From NCBI GenBank assembly GCA_964412775.1, contig CAYPPX010000001.1, forward strand, positions 65,122 through 129,121: a stretch of DNA of 64,000 nt, given 5' to 3'. The translations under genes were made by a program, and so were the position numbers. Under the pieces are notes generated by a model. The model had not been told where the DNA came from. It searched no databases and saw only the letters and a program-made list of their open reading frames with translations. Source of the stretch: an uncultured Pseudomonadales bacterium (GTDB lineage Bacteria; Patescibacteriota; Microgenomatia; UBA1400; PJMF01). Below, one piece after another: positions 36,857 to 49,146 of the stretch. Numbering within the stretch: position 1 is the first letter of the stretch; every line of letters begins with the position of its first letter.

Positions 36857-38575
36857 TTACTTTAATACTAAAAATCTATCCATGAGAAGACAATCAATTT
36901 CAGTTTTCAGAAAACAATTAATTGCATTTTCAGGATTATTAACAATTGGTTCACCTCTAACATTAAACGAAGTATTGATGATGACTGGTATTCCAGTTTT
37001 TTTCTTATAAGCATCTATTAAGTCATAGTAAAGTTTATTTTCTTTTCTATTAATGCTTTGTAATCTACCTGTCCCATTAACATGGACGACAGATGGGATA
37101 TCTTTTGCTCCTTTTTTGGTAAAGGGGTAGACTAATAACATGTATTTAGCTAGAGGTGATAGTGGTTTATCTGCTTCAAAAAAATCATGAACGTATTCTT
37201 CCAAAATAACTGGGGCAAATGGTCTAAATAGTTCTCTCATTTTAACTTTTTCATTAAGAATGTCTTTCATATCACTACTAGTCGCAGCAGCTAAGATGCT
37301 TCTACTGCCCAGAGCTCTTGGTCCCCATTCAACCCTGCCTTGAAACCAACCAATTACTTTTTTATCTATAATGAGATCGCTTAGTAAATCTAGTAACTCT
37401 TTATCATTTTTATAATATTTATACTTTAGTCCAAATCTTTTTAACTCTGTTTCTATTTCTTCTTTTGTGTAGCCTGGACCAAGATAGGGAGTAAATGTTT
37501 TTGGATCAAAAGATTTAAGTTTTTTTTGTCCTAATAGTTCTGGGTTTTGGTTGAGGTAGAGTGCTGCTCCCATCGCTCCACCAGAATCTCCTGGGGCTGG
37601 AGGAATATAGAGTTTTTTAAATGGTGTATTTGAGAGTATTCTGCCATTCATTACAGAATTTAAAACCACGCCACCAGCCATACATAAGTTGTTAGATTTA
37701 TATTTTTTGTGTACTTTATTTAATAAATTAATAACGACTTCTTCAGTTTTATATTGAAGCGCTGCAGCAATATCCTCGTGATGAGTTTCAATTTTACTTT
37801 CTTTTGTCCTAGTTGGAAAACCAAAAAGCTCTTCCATTTTTTTAGATGACATGTGGTTTGACCAACCATAATCAAAATATTTCATGTTTAGGGAGTAGCT
37901 TCCGTCACTATGGACTTTGATTAGTTCATCAAATTTATCTAAAAATGGTTGATGTTTTCCATAAGCAGCTAGCCCCATGACCTTATATTCAGCATCATTG
38001 ACCTCAAAGCCCAAGTAAGCAGTAATAGTGCTGTATAAAAGACCTAATGAGTGAGGAAATCTAATTTCTTTATCCACTCTAATGTTGTTTCCTTCACCAA
38101 AACCAATGGTTGTCGAGGCCCATTCTCCAACACCATCAACAGTTACAATAACCGATTTATCGAATCCTGAGAGATAATAGGTACTGGCGGCATGAGATAA
38201 ATGGTGTGGAGAAAAAAACACTTTGCCATCATAACCAAGTTCTTTTTTTAAGATTTTGTTAATATTTAGTTTTTGGTTTAACCATGACCCTGTATTTTCT
38301 AGAAAGACCTTAAGACTAAAGGGGAAATACTCTAGATGTTGACTAATTAGTCTTTCAAATTTCCAAATTGGTTTTTCATAAAAGGCTATAGCGTCAAGTT
38401 CGTTTATGTTTAAACCACCTTCTTTGAGACAATATTCAATAGCTAAGTGTGGAAAACCATTGTCATGTTTTTCTCTAGATAGGCGTTCTTCTTCAACGGC
38501 AGCCACTATTTTGCCATCAACTACTAAACAAGCGGCTGAGTCATGGTAAAAACATGATATTCCAAGTATTTTCAT
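36857..38575 (-). CDS. carbamoyltransferase (NodU/CmcH family)
   Basis: 'MKILGISCFYHDSAACLVVDGKIVAAVEEERLSREKHDNGFP' N-terminal ASKHA-like fold, 572 aa, His-containing motifs. Confidence 0.85.
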   Translation of the reverse strand: MKILGISCFYHDSAACLVVDGKIVAAVEEERLSREKHDNGFPHLAIEYCLKEGGLNINELDAIAFYEKPIWKFERLISQHLEYFPFSLKVFLENTGSWLNQKLNINKILKKELGYDGKVFFSPHHLSHAASTYYLSGFDKSVIVTVDGVGEWASTTIGFGEGNNIRVDKEIRFPHSLGLLYSTITAYLGFEVNDAEYKVMGLAAYGKHQPFLDKFDELIKVHSDGSYSLNMKYFDYGWSNHMSSKKMEELFGFPTRTKESKIETHHEDIAAALQYKTEEVVINLLNKVHKKYKSNNLCMAGGVVLNSVMNGRILSNTPFKKLYIPPAPGDSGGAMGAALYLNQNPELLGQKKLKSFDPKTFTPYLGPGYTKEEIETELKRFGLKYKYYKNDKELLDLLSDLIIDKKVIGWFQGRVEWGPRALGSRSILAAATSSDMKDILNEKVKMRELFRPFAPVILEEYVHDFFEADKPLSPLAKYMLLVYPFTKKGAKDIPSVVHVNGTGRLQSINRKENKLYYDLIDAYKKKTGIPVIINTSFNVRGEPIVNNPENAINCFLKTEIDCLLMDRFLVLK

Positions 38576-38868
38576 TAATACATACTTTCATTAAAATTAT
38601 TTGTATATTTTGCTGCTGACCATTGGGATTTTTTATTATTTATTTCAAGGAACTTTTTACCAAAAAATGAAGCAACAAGCTTGGTTAATCCAAAACCAAT
38701 CAGGTAAGCAATAAATAAACTAACAAAAGAAACAGTAAAAGTTCCAGCTAGTTCTATCTTTTTTAGATTTTTTTTGACTTTGGTAACGTATTTTTCTAGT
38801 AAAGGGTATTTAACTAAAAAATTTTCAAATCTGTTTTTAATTTTTGTAGCAATAGATATTTTTTTCAT
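38575..38868 (-). CDS. small membrane protein (possible SxtJ-like partner of carbamoyltransferase)
   Basis: 97 aa with one hydrophobic helix; stop overlaps carbamoyltransferase start. Confidence 0.3.
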   Translation of the reverse strand: MKKISIATKIKNRFENFLVKYPLLEKYVTKVKKNLKKIELAGTFTVSFVSLFIAYLIGFGLTKLVASFFGKKFLEINNKKSQWSAAKYTNNFNESMY

Positions 38869-38955
38869 ATATTCGTTACCTAAACAAACTATTTCATATT
38901 AACTCAGATGTCAAGGTGATTGTTTGAACTACTTGTTATAGTTAGTAACTATGAT

Positions 38956-39933
38956 TTACTTTGAGTTTTCTTCTTTTTCAATCCATTGATAAAGGTGTTT
39001 TAGGCCTTTTTTCAAACTAATTGAAGGCTCCCACTTGAGGTATTTTCTGATTAAAGTGTTATCACTACTTCTACCTCTAACACCTTTTGGAGCATCAAGT
39101 TTATAGTTCTTTTTTATTTTAATTTTTGCAATGTCTTCAATAATTTTTGTTAGTTGGTTAATTGAGACCATTTCTTCACTTCCTAGATTAATTGGCTCTC
39201 GAATATCACTATGAGTAATTAAGTCTATACCTTTAACACAGTCGTCTATGTACATGAAACTTCTGGTTTGTTTGCCATCACCCCAAATTTCTATTTCATA
39301 TGATTTGTTTTTTTGGGCCTCAATAATTTTTCTAGTTAAAGCTGCTGGAGCTTTTTCTCTACCAGTGTTGTAGTCACCATTTGGTCCATAGACATTATGA
39401 AACCTAGCTACTCTGGTTTCTAGACCGTAGTCTTCCATGAAGTGTCTACACATTCTTTCACTGAATAGTTTTTCCCAACCATAACCATCTTCTGCCATTG
39501 CAGGATAAGCATCGGTTTCTTTTAGACCTTTATTATTAGCACTTTTTTGTTTTTCAGCTGCATAAACACAAGCAGAGGAGGAAAAAAAATATCTTTTTAC
39601 TTTTTCCTCTTTGGCAGCCATTAGTAGATGAGTGTTAATTAGGACGCTTAACATACACTCAGCTTTGTTGTTTTCTATAAAACCAATTCCACCCATATCA
39701 GCAGCTAGGTTGTAAACCTCATCAACACCTTTTACTGCCTTAAAGCAGTTTTTTTTCTCTGATAAATCTAAAACAATGTTTTCAACCTCACTATCTAGCT
39801 GGTGCCATTTTTTTAGTGGCTTAATATCCACAGCTCTAATTTGTTTTATTCCTTTTTTTTTGAAATATTTGACAAGGTGACCACCAATAAAACCACCAGC
39901 CCCAGTAATTAAAATTTTAGTATTTTTATTCAT
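38956..39933 (-). CDS. NAD-dependent epimerase/dehydratase (extended SDR)
   Basis: 'ILITGAGGFIGGHLVKYF' Rossmann motif, Tyr region 'YGWEKLFSE'; 325 aa. Confidence 0.8.
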   Translation of the reverse strand: MNKNTKILITGAGGFIGGHLVKYFKKKGIKQIRAVDIKPLKKWHQLDSEVENIVLDLSEKKNCFKAVKGVDEVYNLAADMGGIGFIENNKAECMLSVLINTHLLMAAKEEKVKRYFFSSSACVYAAEKQKSANNKGLKETDAYPAMAEDGYGWEKLFSERMCRHFMEDYGLETRVARFHNVYGPNGDYNTGREKAPAALTRKIIEAQKNKSYEIEIWGDGKQTRSFMYIDDCVKGIDLITHSDIREPINLGSEEMVSINQLTKIIEDIAKIKIKKNYKLDAPKGVRGRSSDNTLIRKYLKWEPSISLKKGLKHLYQWIEKEENSK

Positions 39934-39959
39934 AAGTTAAAGAGATGTTAACACAATAT

Positions 39960-42542
39960 TTATTTTTCTGAATATATTAAATTAGCAACATTAAAGTATC
40001 CGTATTGGTAAAATTGTTTTTTTTCAATATTTTCTATTGTTTGGAAACATTCCTGATGTGGATGTTGGTAGGGATAGGTGTTAACACATTGTTCAAATGC
40101 TTGTTTTGCCAGTTCCGGTTTGTTTAAAAATAAATAAATATTTCCTGGTTGTAGAGCTACCAAATAGTTATCAGGAATAATTTTTACCATTAAAGTTGTT
40201 AATTCTATGGCTAATTTTTCTTCTTCAGGACTAATATCTTCTTTTAATAATAATTCTTCAGCTTGTTTTTGAAAGATTTTGGTTATTGCAAATCTTTCTT
40301 GTCTATCAAATTCGGTAAAATCTGGGTAACTTGAATAAATTTCTTCTGTATCAATCCAAAAGTTAGCAAGATAAATTGATTCTATTAGTTTTTTTTCATT
40401 AACTAAACGTTTAATCTCATTTGCAAAAATTTTACTAAAGTCATGAGCAACTTCTGTTACTAAAATAGGGTTAGCAGTAATAATTGTTGTTAAATCAATT
40501 TTTAGTTGTTCTAAATCGATGTTTTCAATTTTGTTTTTAGTGATTAGTTTTTTGATAGTGTCAAGGTATTTATATAAAAAGTTGCCTTTGTTTGTTTGCC
40601 ACATATCTATCTCTTGGACTGAGAATTCTCTAAAGAAATTAATTTGATTATTTATTAGTTCAGCATCATTTATAGAGAGAATAGAAGATTGGTGAGTGCC
40701 CCAAATCCATGGGTTAATTTCTCTAGCTTTTTTGTAAAGTGTGACTGATTTTGTTGGTTTTTCAATAAAAATTTTATCTGCCAAGATGACACAACTATCC
40801 GCAAGTTCTTTGATTCTGTTGTTATTAAATATCCACTGGTTTTTATTACTCAAAGACTTATCAAGCATTTTTAAACTAAGTTCTAAGTCTTTCTCGGCTA
40901 GGTCTAATTGGTTTGTTTTTAAGTAGTAGTCAAAGTTATCTGAGTTTATTTTTTGCCATGGATCTATTTCATAGAGTTTGTTTCTTAGTTCTGCTAGTTT
41001 TTCTTCTTCATTTGTGTGAAGTTTTTTTGAAATTAAAAAACTATAAATTGTTGAATGATTTTGGTAAATTGATTCTAGTTTTGGATAAAGTTCCTCTTTT
41101 AACTCATTTTTGTAGATTTCTTGATGCCAATAAAAATAGGGGAAAAACCTAAAAGCTTTTTCGGTGTCACCAGCAACTATTTTTGTATCAGTTATAAAGT
41201 AAAGCAGCATCAGTGTTATGGGTATAGTTGTTAATAAAATAAAAAGAAATTTTGCAAATTTTATAATATTTTTTTTCACTAACCGTTGTTCAAAACTGAT
41301 TTCTTTAACCAAGATTGCTAATAGTATTAAACTAATTGAGAATATACCAACAAAATTCCAGTCAAAATCAAATAAGACATTAAGGTAGGAACTAAGGAGT
41401 GATAACCATATACAAAAAAGTAGGCCATTTGTATTTGTTGATTTATTTTTAGAGAAAATATTTTTAAGTTCTTGATAATACTTTCCATTGTTTGTTATAG
41501 CTATAAAAGGCTGATAAATAAAGTATATTAAGCTTATTCCACCGATTAGACCAAGCTCTGATAGTGAATCTAAAACAAAGTTGTGAGCAGAATTTGTTGT
41601 TAGTTGAGGAGAGTTCTTGTATCTTTCATTTGCGATTTGAAATGTTCCTGGTCCAGAACCAAAAAGTAGATGATCTTTTAATATATAAATGGCTTGTAAC
41701 CAGTAATATGGTCTAGGCTCTGTGTTAATTGGTTTACAAATTTTGTTATCTAGATAGTTTATTGGACAGTAAAAATCTGGTTTAACTAAACTAATACTAG
41801 AAAATAATAGTTTTAAAAATAAAACAGAACAAAATAGTATTTCTATAATTTTATGAATTTTACTAATTTTGATGTTTTTTTTTGCAAAAAGCATTCTTAG
41901 AGCAACAACCTCAATTAAACCAAGGAAAACCGCTGTTCTACCAAAGCTTAGGAGTAGTGCAAAAGAAAAGAGTACAGCTAAATATTTTAAAATTTTTTGA
42001 GGAATAATCTCACTAGTTTTTTTATCAGGGTTATTTGCTAGCCACCAAGTGATTGGAATGACTAATAGCAGTAATGAAGCAAGGTGATTGTGACCATAGG
42101 TTGAGTATAGAATATTCATTCCAGGCAGCAGAGATGCTAATTTGTGGTTAAATTGAAAAATTATGCTAATGATTGTTAAATCAAAAGCAAGAAAAATCAG
42201 TCCAGTTGTAATGATATTTAAATTGTTTCGCTTATATAAAACTAATGTCGCAATAAATACTATTATTGCAAATACATAAGTATTTATTTTTATAAGTGTT
42301 AGTGGAACACTAATGGTAAAGATTGCACTTAGGGTTAAAGTTATTGTAAAAAAAAATATTCTTTTTACCAAAGTTGAGTGGTAATTAAAAACATTCCAAT
42401 CTCCATACTTAAGGCTAGTAAAGGTAAGTAGAATGGTTCCTATACCAATTATAAAAAATTGAAGGTATGAATTACCAAGCAACGTTAATAATACTAAGTA
42501 AGTAAAAATAAAAAACAAAATTAGTATTTTTTTTAGGTTCAT
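39960..42542 (-). CDS. large polytopic membrane protein with O-antigen ligase-like (Wzy_C) domain and C-terminal soluble repeat region
   Basis: About 12 TM helices in N-terminal half, C-terminal about 400 aa helical/TPR-like; 860 aa. Confidence 0.45.
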   Translation of the reverse strand: MNLKKILILFFIFTYLVLLTLLGNSYLQFFIIGIGTILLTFTSLKYGDWNVFNYHSTLVKRIFFFTITLTLSAIFTISVPLTLIKINTYVFAIIVFIATLVLYKRNNLNIITTGLIFLAFDLTIISIIFQFNHKLASLLPGMNILYSTYGHNHLASLLLLVIPITWWLANNPDKKTSEIIPQKILKYLAVLFSFALLLSFGRTAVFLGLIEVVALRMLFAKKNIKISKIHKIIEILFCSVLFLKLLFSSISLVKPDFYCPINYLDNKICKPINTEPRPYYWLQAIYILKDHLLFGSGPGTFQIANERYKNSPQLTTNSAHNFVLDSLSELGLIGGISLIYFIYQPFIAITNNGKYYQELKNIFSKNKSTNTNGLLFCIWLSLLSSYLNVLFDFDWNFVGIFSISLILLAILVKEISFEQRLVKKNIIKFAKFLFILLTTIPITLMLLYFITDTKIVAGDTEKAFRFFPYFYWHQEIYKNELKEELYPKLESIYQNHSTIYSFLISKKLHTNEEEKLAELRNKLYEIDPWQKINSDNFDYYLKTNQLDLAEKDLELSLKMLDKSLSNKNQWIFNNNRIKELADSCVILADKIFIEKPTKSVTLYKKAREINPWIWGTHQSSILSINDAELINNQINFFREFSVQEIDMWQTNKGNFLYKYLDTIKKLITKNKIENIDLEQLKIDLTTIITANPILVTEVAHDFSKIFANEIKRLVNEKKLIESIYLANFWIDTEEIYSSYPDFTEFDRQERFAITKIFQKQAEELLLKEDISPEEEKLAIELTTLMVKIIPDNYLVALQPGNIYLFLNKPELAKQAFEQCVNTYPYQHPHQECFQTIENIEKKQFYQYGYFNVANLIYSEK

Positions 42543-43169
42543 CTATATAAAAATTTTAAGGGCTTTTCTTAGAAGATAAATAACCATTTTTACTATAAGT
42601 TTGTATTGTTCTTTTTCGTTTTTTAAGATTGTTGCTTGTTCTAGTTTTTCCCATTGTTTAATATCAGAGTGCCTTTTTTCTGCTAAGCTCCAGTCAGAAA
42701 AAATTCCTGGTTTAACTTTTTCTCTAAAGTTTTTCCAGGTTTTGGGAAGTAAGTTAGCTTCTTTTACAGGTAGCGGCCTTGGTCCCACAAAACTCATTTC
42801 ATTTTTCAAAATGTTTAGTAATTGAGGTAATTCATCTATTCCTGATCTAGAAAAGAACCTCCCAAAGCCGACGAATCTTGGATCATTGTGAATTTTAAAC
42901 ATTGGTAAAGGGGCTTCATTAAACTTTAAATATTTATGTTTAGTTATACTTGCATTTTTTTCCATTGTTCTAAATTTATAAATTACAAATTCTTTACCGT
43001 TCAGTCCACTTCTTTTCTGTTTAAAAATTATAGGAAAGCCAGAAGTAACATATATAGTTAAGCCAACTAAAATGAATAAAGGAGAGAGCAACACAAGTAG
43101 ACAAATTGAAAAACAGAGGTCAAAGACTCTTTTTCTCCAAGATTGGTAGTATGGGTTTATTGCTATCAT
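42543..43169 (-). CDS. undecaprenyl-phosphate sugar phosphotransferase (bacterial sugar transferase, WbaP/EpsL-like small form)
   Basis: 'KQKRSGLNGKEFVIYKFRTM', 'DPRFVGFGRFFSRSGIDELPQLLNILKNEMSFVGPRP' canonical motif. Confidence 0.85.
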   Translation of the reverse strand: MIAINPYYQSWRKRVFDLCFSICLLVLLSPLFILVGLTIYVTSGFPIIFKQKRSGLNGKEFVIYKFRTMEKNASITKHKYLKFNEAPLPMFKIHNDPRFVGFGRFFSRSGIDELPQLLNILKNEMSFVGPRPLPVKEANLLPKTWKNFREKVKPGIFSDWSLAEKRHSDIKQWEKLEQATILKNEKEQYKLIVKMVIYLLRKALKIFI

Positions 43170-43249
43170 TGTTGTCTGGAGTCCTTGTGAAAATTTAATA
43201 TCAGTATGATATACTTCACAGATCTCAAAAGAAAGGGGATTTATCGTGT

Positions 43250-44503
43250 ATGGCTACAAAGAAAGCTCAAAAAGATAAAAAAGAATTAGAAAAGACCGCT
43301 ATAGTTGAGGAGGTCGCTCAAGAAGAGCAAAAAGAATCAACTGAACAAGTTTCCCAAAAAGCAGAAAAAGTTGAAGAAACTGCCTCAAAAACTGAGGAGA
43401 AAAAATCAGCTAATAAGCCTCAAACTATGGAGGAATTACTGGCTGATGCTAAATACAACTTAGTTGTTCCACAAAAGGGAGATTCTCTAAAAGGAACAAT
43501 TACTGCTAAAAACAAAAAATCTTTGATTATTGACTTAGGTGCTAAAACTGAGGGTATCGTTGCTGATAAAGAGTACGATTTTGCTCTTGAGTTTATTAAA
43601 GACTTAAATGTTGGTGATGAAGTGTCCGCTTTGGTGGTTTCCACTGAAAACGATCGTGGTCAAATTGCCCTCTCACTAAGAGGTGCTGCTTCTGATGCCA
43701 AATGGGAATACTTTGAAGAAGCTTTTGAAAAGGAAGAAGTTTTAGATGCCAAAGGTATTGAGACCAATCGTGGTGGTTTAATTGTGGTGGTTAATGGTGT
43801 GAGAGGTTTTGTGCCTTCTAGTCAATTTGGTCGAGATTTTGTGGGTAAAGTTAATAACTTAAAAGGTGAAACTTTCCAAGTCAAAGTGATTGAGGTTGAT
43901 CGTGAGAAAAATAGACTTATTTTCTCTGAAAGACACGTTAGTGAAGCTAAAGAACTCGCTCAAAAAGATCAAGCTTTAGATAAAGTTGAATCTGGCAAGA
44001 TTTATGAGGGTGTTGTTTCTGGTGTGATGCATTTTGGTTTATTTGTCACTGTTGAAATTCCAGTTGATGATGACTCCAAGAATGTTGGTTATGTTGAAGG
44101 TTTAGTTCACATTTCCGAAATCAGTTGGGAAAAAGTCAATCATCCTAAGGATTACCACAAAGTTGGTGACAGAATTAAAGTTAAAGTTTTGGGCATTGAT
44201 GAAAAAACCAACAAACTTAATCTATCTATCAAACAACTAATCGATGATCCTTGGATTACTATTGGTGAGAGATACGCTGTCGGTACAACCTTTACTGGCA
44301 AAGTTACCAGAGTTGAATCTTTTGGTGTCTTTGTTAATGTTGAACCAGGAGTAGATGGCTTAATTCACTCTAGTAAACTTGATTCTGCTAAAGAGTTAAA
44401 AGTAGGTGAAGAAGTCACTGTTAACGTTGAGAATGTTGTTCCTGAACAACGCAGAATGAGTTTGAGTATTGTTTTGACTGAAGCCCCAATGGGTTACAAG
44501 TAG
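43250..44503 (+). CDS. rpsA: 30S ribosomal protein S1
   Basis: Four S1-type OB-fold repeats (G.V.....G.FV.......G..H.S), 417 aa. Confidence 0.8.
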   Translation: MATKKAQKDKKELEKTAIVEEVAQEEQKESTEQVSQKAEKVEETASKTEEKKSANKPQTMEELLADAKYNLVVPQKGDSLKGTITAKNKKSLIIDLGAKTEGIVADKEYDFALEFIKDLNVGDEVSALVVSTENDRGQIALSLRGAASDAKWEYFEEAFEKEEVLDAKGIETNRGGLIVVVNGVRGFVPSSQFGRDFVGKVNNLKGETFQVKVIEVDREKNRLIFSERHVSEAKELAQKDQALDKVESGKIYEGVVSGVMHFGLFVTVEIPVDDDSKNVGYVEGLVHISEISWEKVNHPKDYHKVGDRIKVKVLGIDEKTNKLNLSIKQLIDDPWITIGERYAVGTTFTGKVTRVESFGVFVNVEPGVDGLIHSSKLDSAKELKVGEEVTVNVENVVPEQRRMSLSIVLTEAPMGYK

Positions 44504-44538
44504 AAATAAACTTAAACAATTTAGTAGTAACTGAAGAA

Positions 44539-44562
44539 CTGGCCCACTCAAGGGCCAGTTTT
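44539..44562 (+). terminator. intrinsic terminator after rpsA
   Basis: ctggccc-actcaa-gggccag followed by tttt. Confidence 0.6.
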
Positions 44563-44615
44563 GAAAAAAGCCGATCTAATCGACTTTTTCTCTGGAAAAT
44601 GATATAATACCTTAT

Positions 44616-44783
44616 ATGGCAAAACAAAGAATGATTGTAACCGACGACCAACTTTTAATTGACATGGATCTGCTTTTTAATGCAATCCGTGAGGCTAAAG
44701 GCGATTGGAAAAAAGTAGAAGAGGATATGAATCAATATCTGGCTTCGATCCAAGCTATGTCTCACACTGAAGATGCTGAATAG
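44616..44783 (+). CDS. small ORF (55 aa), hypothetical
   Basis: Hand-translated MAKQRMIVTDDQLLIDMDLLFNAIREAKGDWKKVEEDMNQYLASIQAMSHTEDAE; preceded by TATAAT-like box; below ORF-track threshold. Confidence 0.25.
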   Translation: MAKQRMIVTDDQLLIDMDLLFNAIREAKGDWKKVEEDMNQYLASIQAMSHTEDAE

Positions 44784-44808
44784 TTCAGCTCTTTGAGGAG
44801 GTTAGATT

Positions 44809-45444
44809 ATGACAGATAAACAACCCACTTATGTAATTACATGTGGTGATGAAGGTATCCAAATCAATGAGGGAACTAGATTCTCTTTTGTTGGTAGTGG
44901 TTACGAGTTGCCTGGATTTTCTAAAGCAATTGTGGCTTTAAAAAAAGTTTTCGGTCCAGCAATTAGTATTGTGGCCTCACAAGAGAATGACTGGATTAAA
45001 GAAAAAATGCAGTTGGCTGACTTTGAACAAGCCGATGCCTCTATGCAACAACAAATTGAATCATTGGCTGACCGAGAAGGCTTATCTTATGCTGGTTTTA
45101 TTCCATTCTCTGATCCTAAAAAACTCAAAGACGAAGTTAAAGGTCACATGGTTAGACCTAGAGGCATTCACATTGCTAATAAAATTTGTTTGACCTTGGG
45201 TGGTGGTGAACAAGTTTATAACTTGGGTTGTTACAAAATCTCTGCTGATTGGGTTCATGCAACCACAGATAAAGTTGCTCAAGAAGTGATTGCTCCTCAA
45301 ATTGAGTTTTATAATAAGCTTGCCAAGAGAGAGTTGCCACTTTTTTATGAAACTGCTGGTGAACTTGACGAAAAAACTGTAAATAAAAATTTGAAAGTGT
45401 TGGAAAAAATTGGTTTAAAACTAGAATCTTTACCTGAAAGGTAG
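44809..45444 (+). CDS. hypothetical protein
   Basis: 211-aa ORF with GAGGAGG Shine-Dalgarno 8 nt upstream. Confidence 0.4.
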   Translation: MTDKQPTYVITCGDEGIQINEGTRFSFVGSGYELPGFSKAIVALKKVFGPAISIVASQENDWIKEKMQLADFEQADASMQQQIESLADREGLSYAGFIPFSDPKKLKDEVKGHMVRPRGIHIANKICLTLGGGEQVYNLGCYKISADWVHATTDKVAQEVIAPQIEFYNKLAKRELPLFYETAGELDEKTVNKNLKVLEKIGLKLESLPER

Positions 45445-45458
45445 AGTTTTTTCCTCTA

Positions 45459-45487
45459 TTGCAAATTTAAATATCTTTGGTTACAAT
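45459..45487 (+). promoter_or_regulatory. sigma-70-like promoter for the tRNA-Ala/23S/5S unit
   Basis: TTGCAA - 17 nt - TACAAT, about 140 nt upstream of tRNA-Ala. Confidence 0.45.
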
Positions 45488-45626
45488 ATGGCTCTCTGTT
45501 CGGGAAAACAGAAAATAGATATTCTTATTGATGTATTTCAATAGAATCCCTCACCCGATTTAAACAAGTAAAGAAACCTTTTGAATGGCCCTACATTTTT
45601 TTTGTGGGGAAGCATGGTCTTTAAGA

Positions 45627-45700
45627 GGGCCCTTAGCTCAGTTGGCTAGAGCGCTACATTTGCAATGTAGAGGCCAAGGGTTCGAGCCCCTTAGGGTCCA
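45627..45700 (+). tRNA. tRNA-Ala (anticodon UGC)
   Basis: Hand-folded: acceptor GGGCCCT/AGGGTCC (one G-U), D-arm GCTC-AGTTGGCTA-GAGC, anticodon arm CTACA-TTTGCAA-TGTAG, T-arm AAGGG-TTCGAGC-CCCTT. Confidence 0.85.
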
Positions 45701-45931
45701 CCGAGCAACTTAACATTAAGAAGTGGGTGAAAAACTTGGGCTTTTTGTTATTCGTTCATGGGTTGTTGGAAAAAACTAACGACTCGGAGCGAACAACAAG
45801 AAGCACAAACTTCTTGATTAGTTTGTTCTTTAAAAAGTGAAGAGATATGTCATCTAATAGTAAAATTCGTCGAGAATTTTATAACAAAATTTAATTAATT
45901 TAAATTTAAAAATGCAAATTTCGCTAATTAT

Positions 45932-48845
<2,914 letters not shown>

Positions 48846-48952
48846 AATAACAATTTACATTTTTATGAATTCGCGACAATATGCTGGCAGATGACAATTT
48901 CTCTTCACCTTTTAGGGAACATACCCTAAAATTAACAAAACAGAGCGTTTTA

Positions 48953-49070
48953 TTCTGGTCTCTAGAGCGAGGTGGTACCAACTCTTCCCATCCCGAACAG
49001 AGTCTTGAAACGCCTCAGCGCTGACAATAGTATCCCCTCGTTGGGACGCGAAGATAGGTCGAGGCCAGAA
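48953..49070 (+). rRNA. rrf: 5S ribosomal RNA
   Basis: 'CCCATCCCGAAC', 'GAAACGCC' and terminal helix TTCTGGTC.../...GGCCAGAA; flanked by an extended perfect processing stem (agcgttttatt / aataaaacgct). Confidence 0.8.
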
Positions 49071-49146
49071 TAAAACGCTTTTTTTGTGCCTATTTTTGTT
49101 TATCTCTTGCTTTGCTTGATTATTTACCTAATAATTTAGTGTTTTT

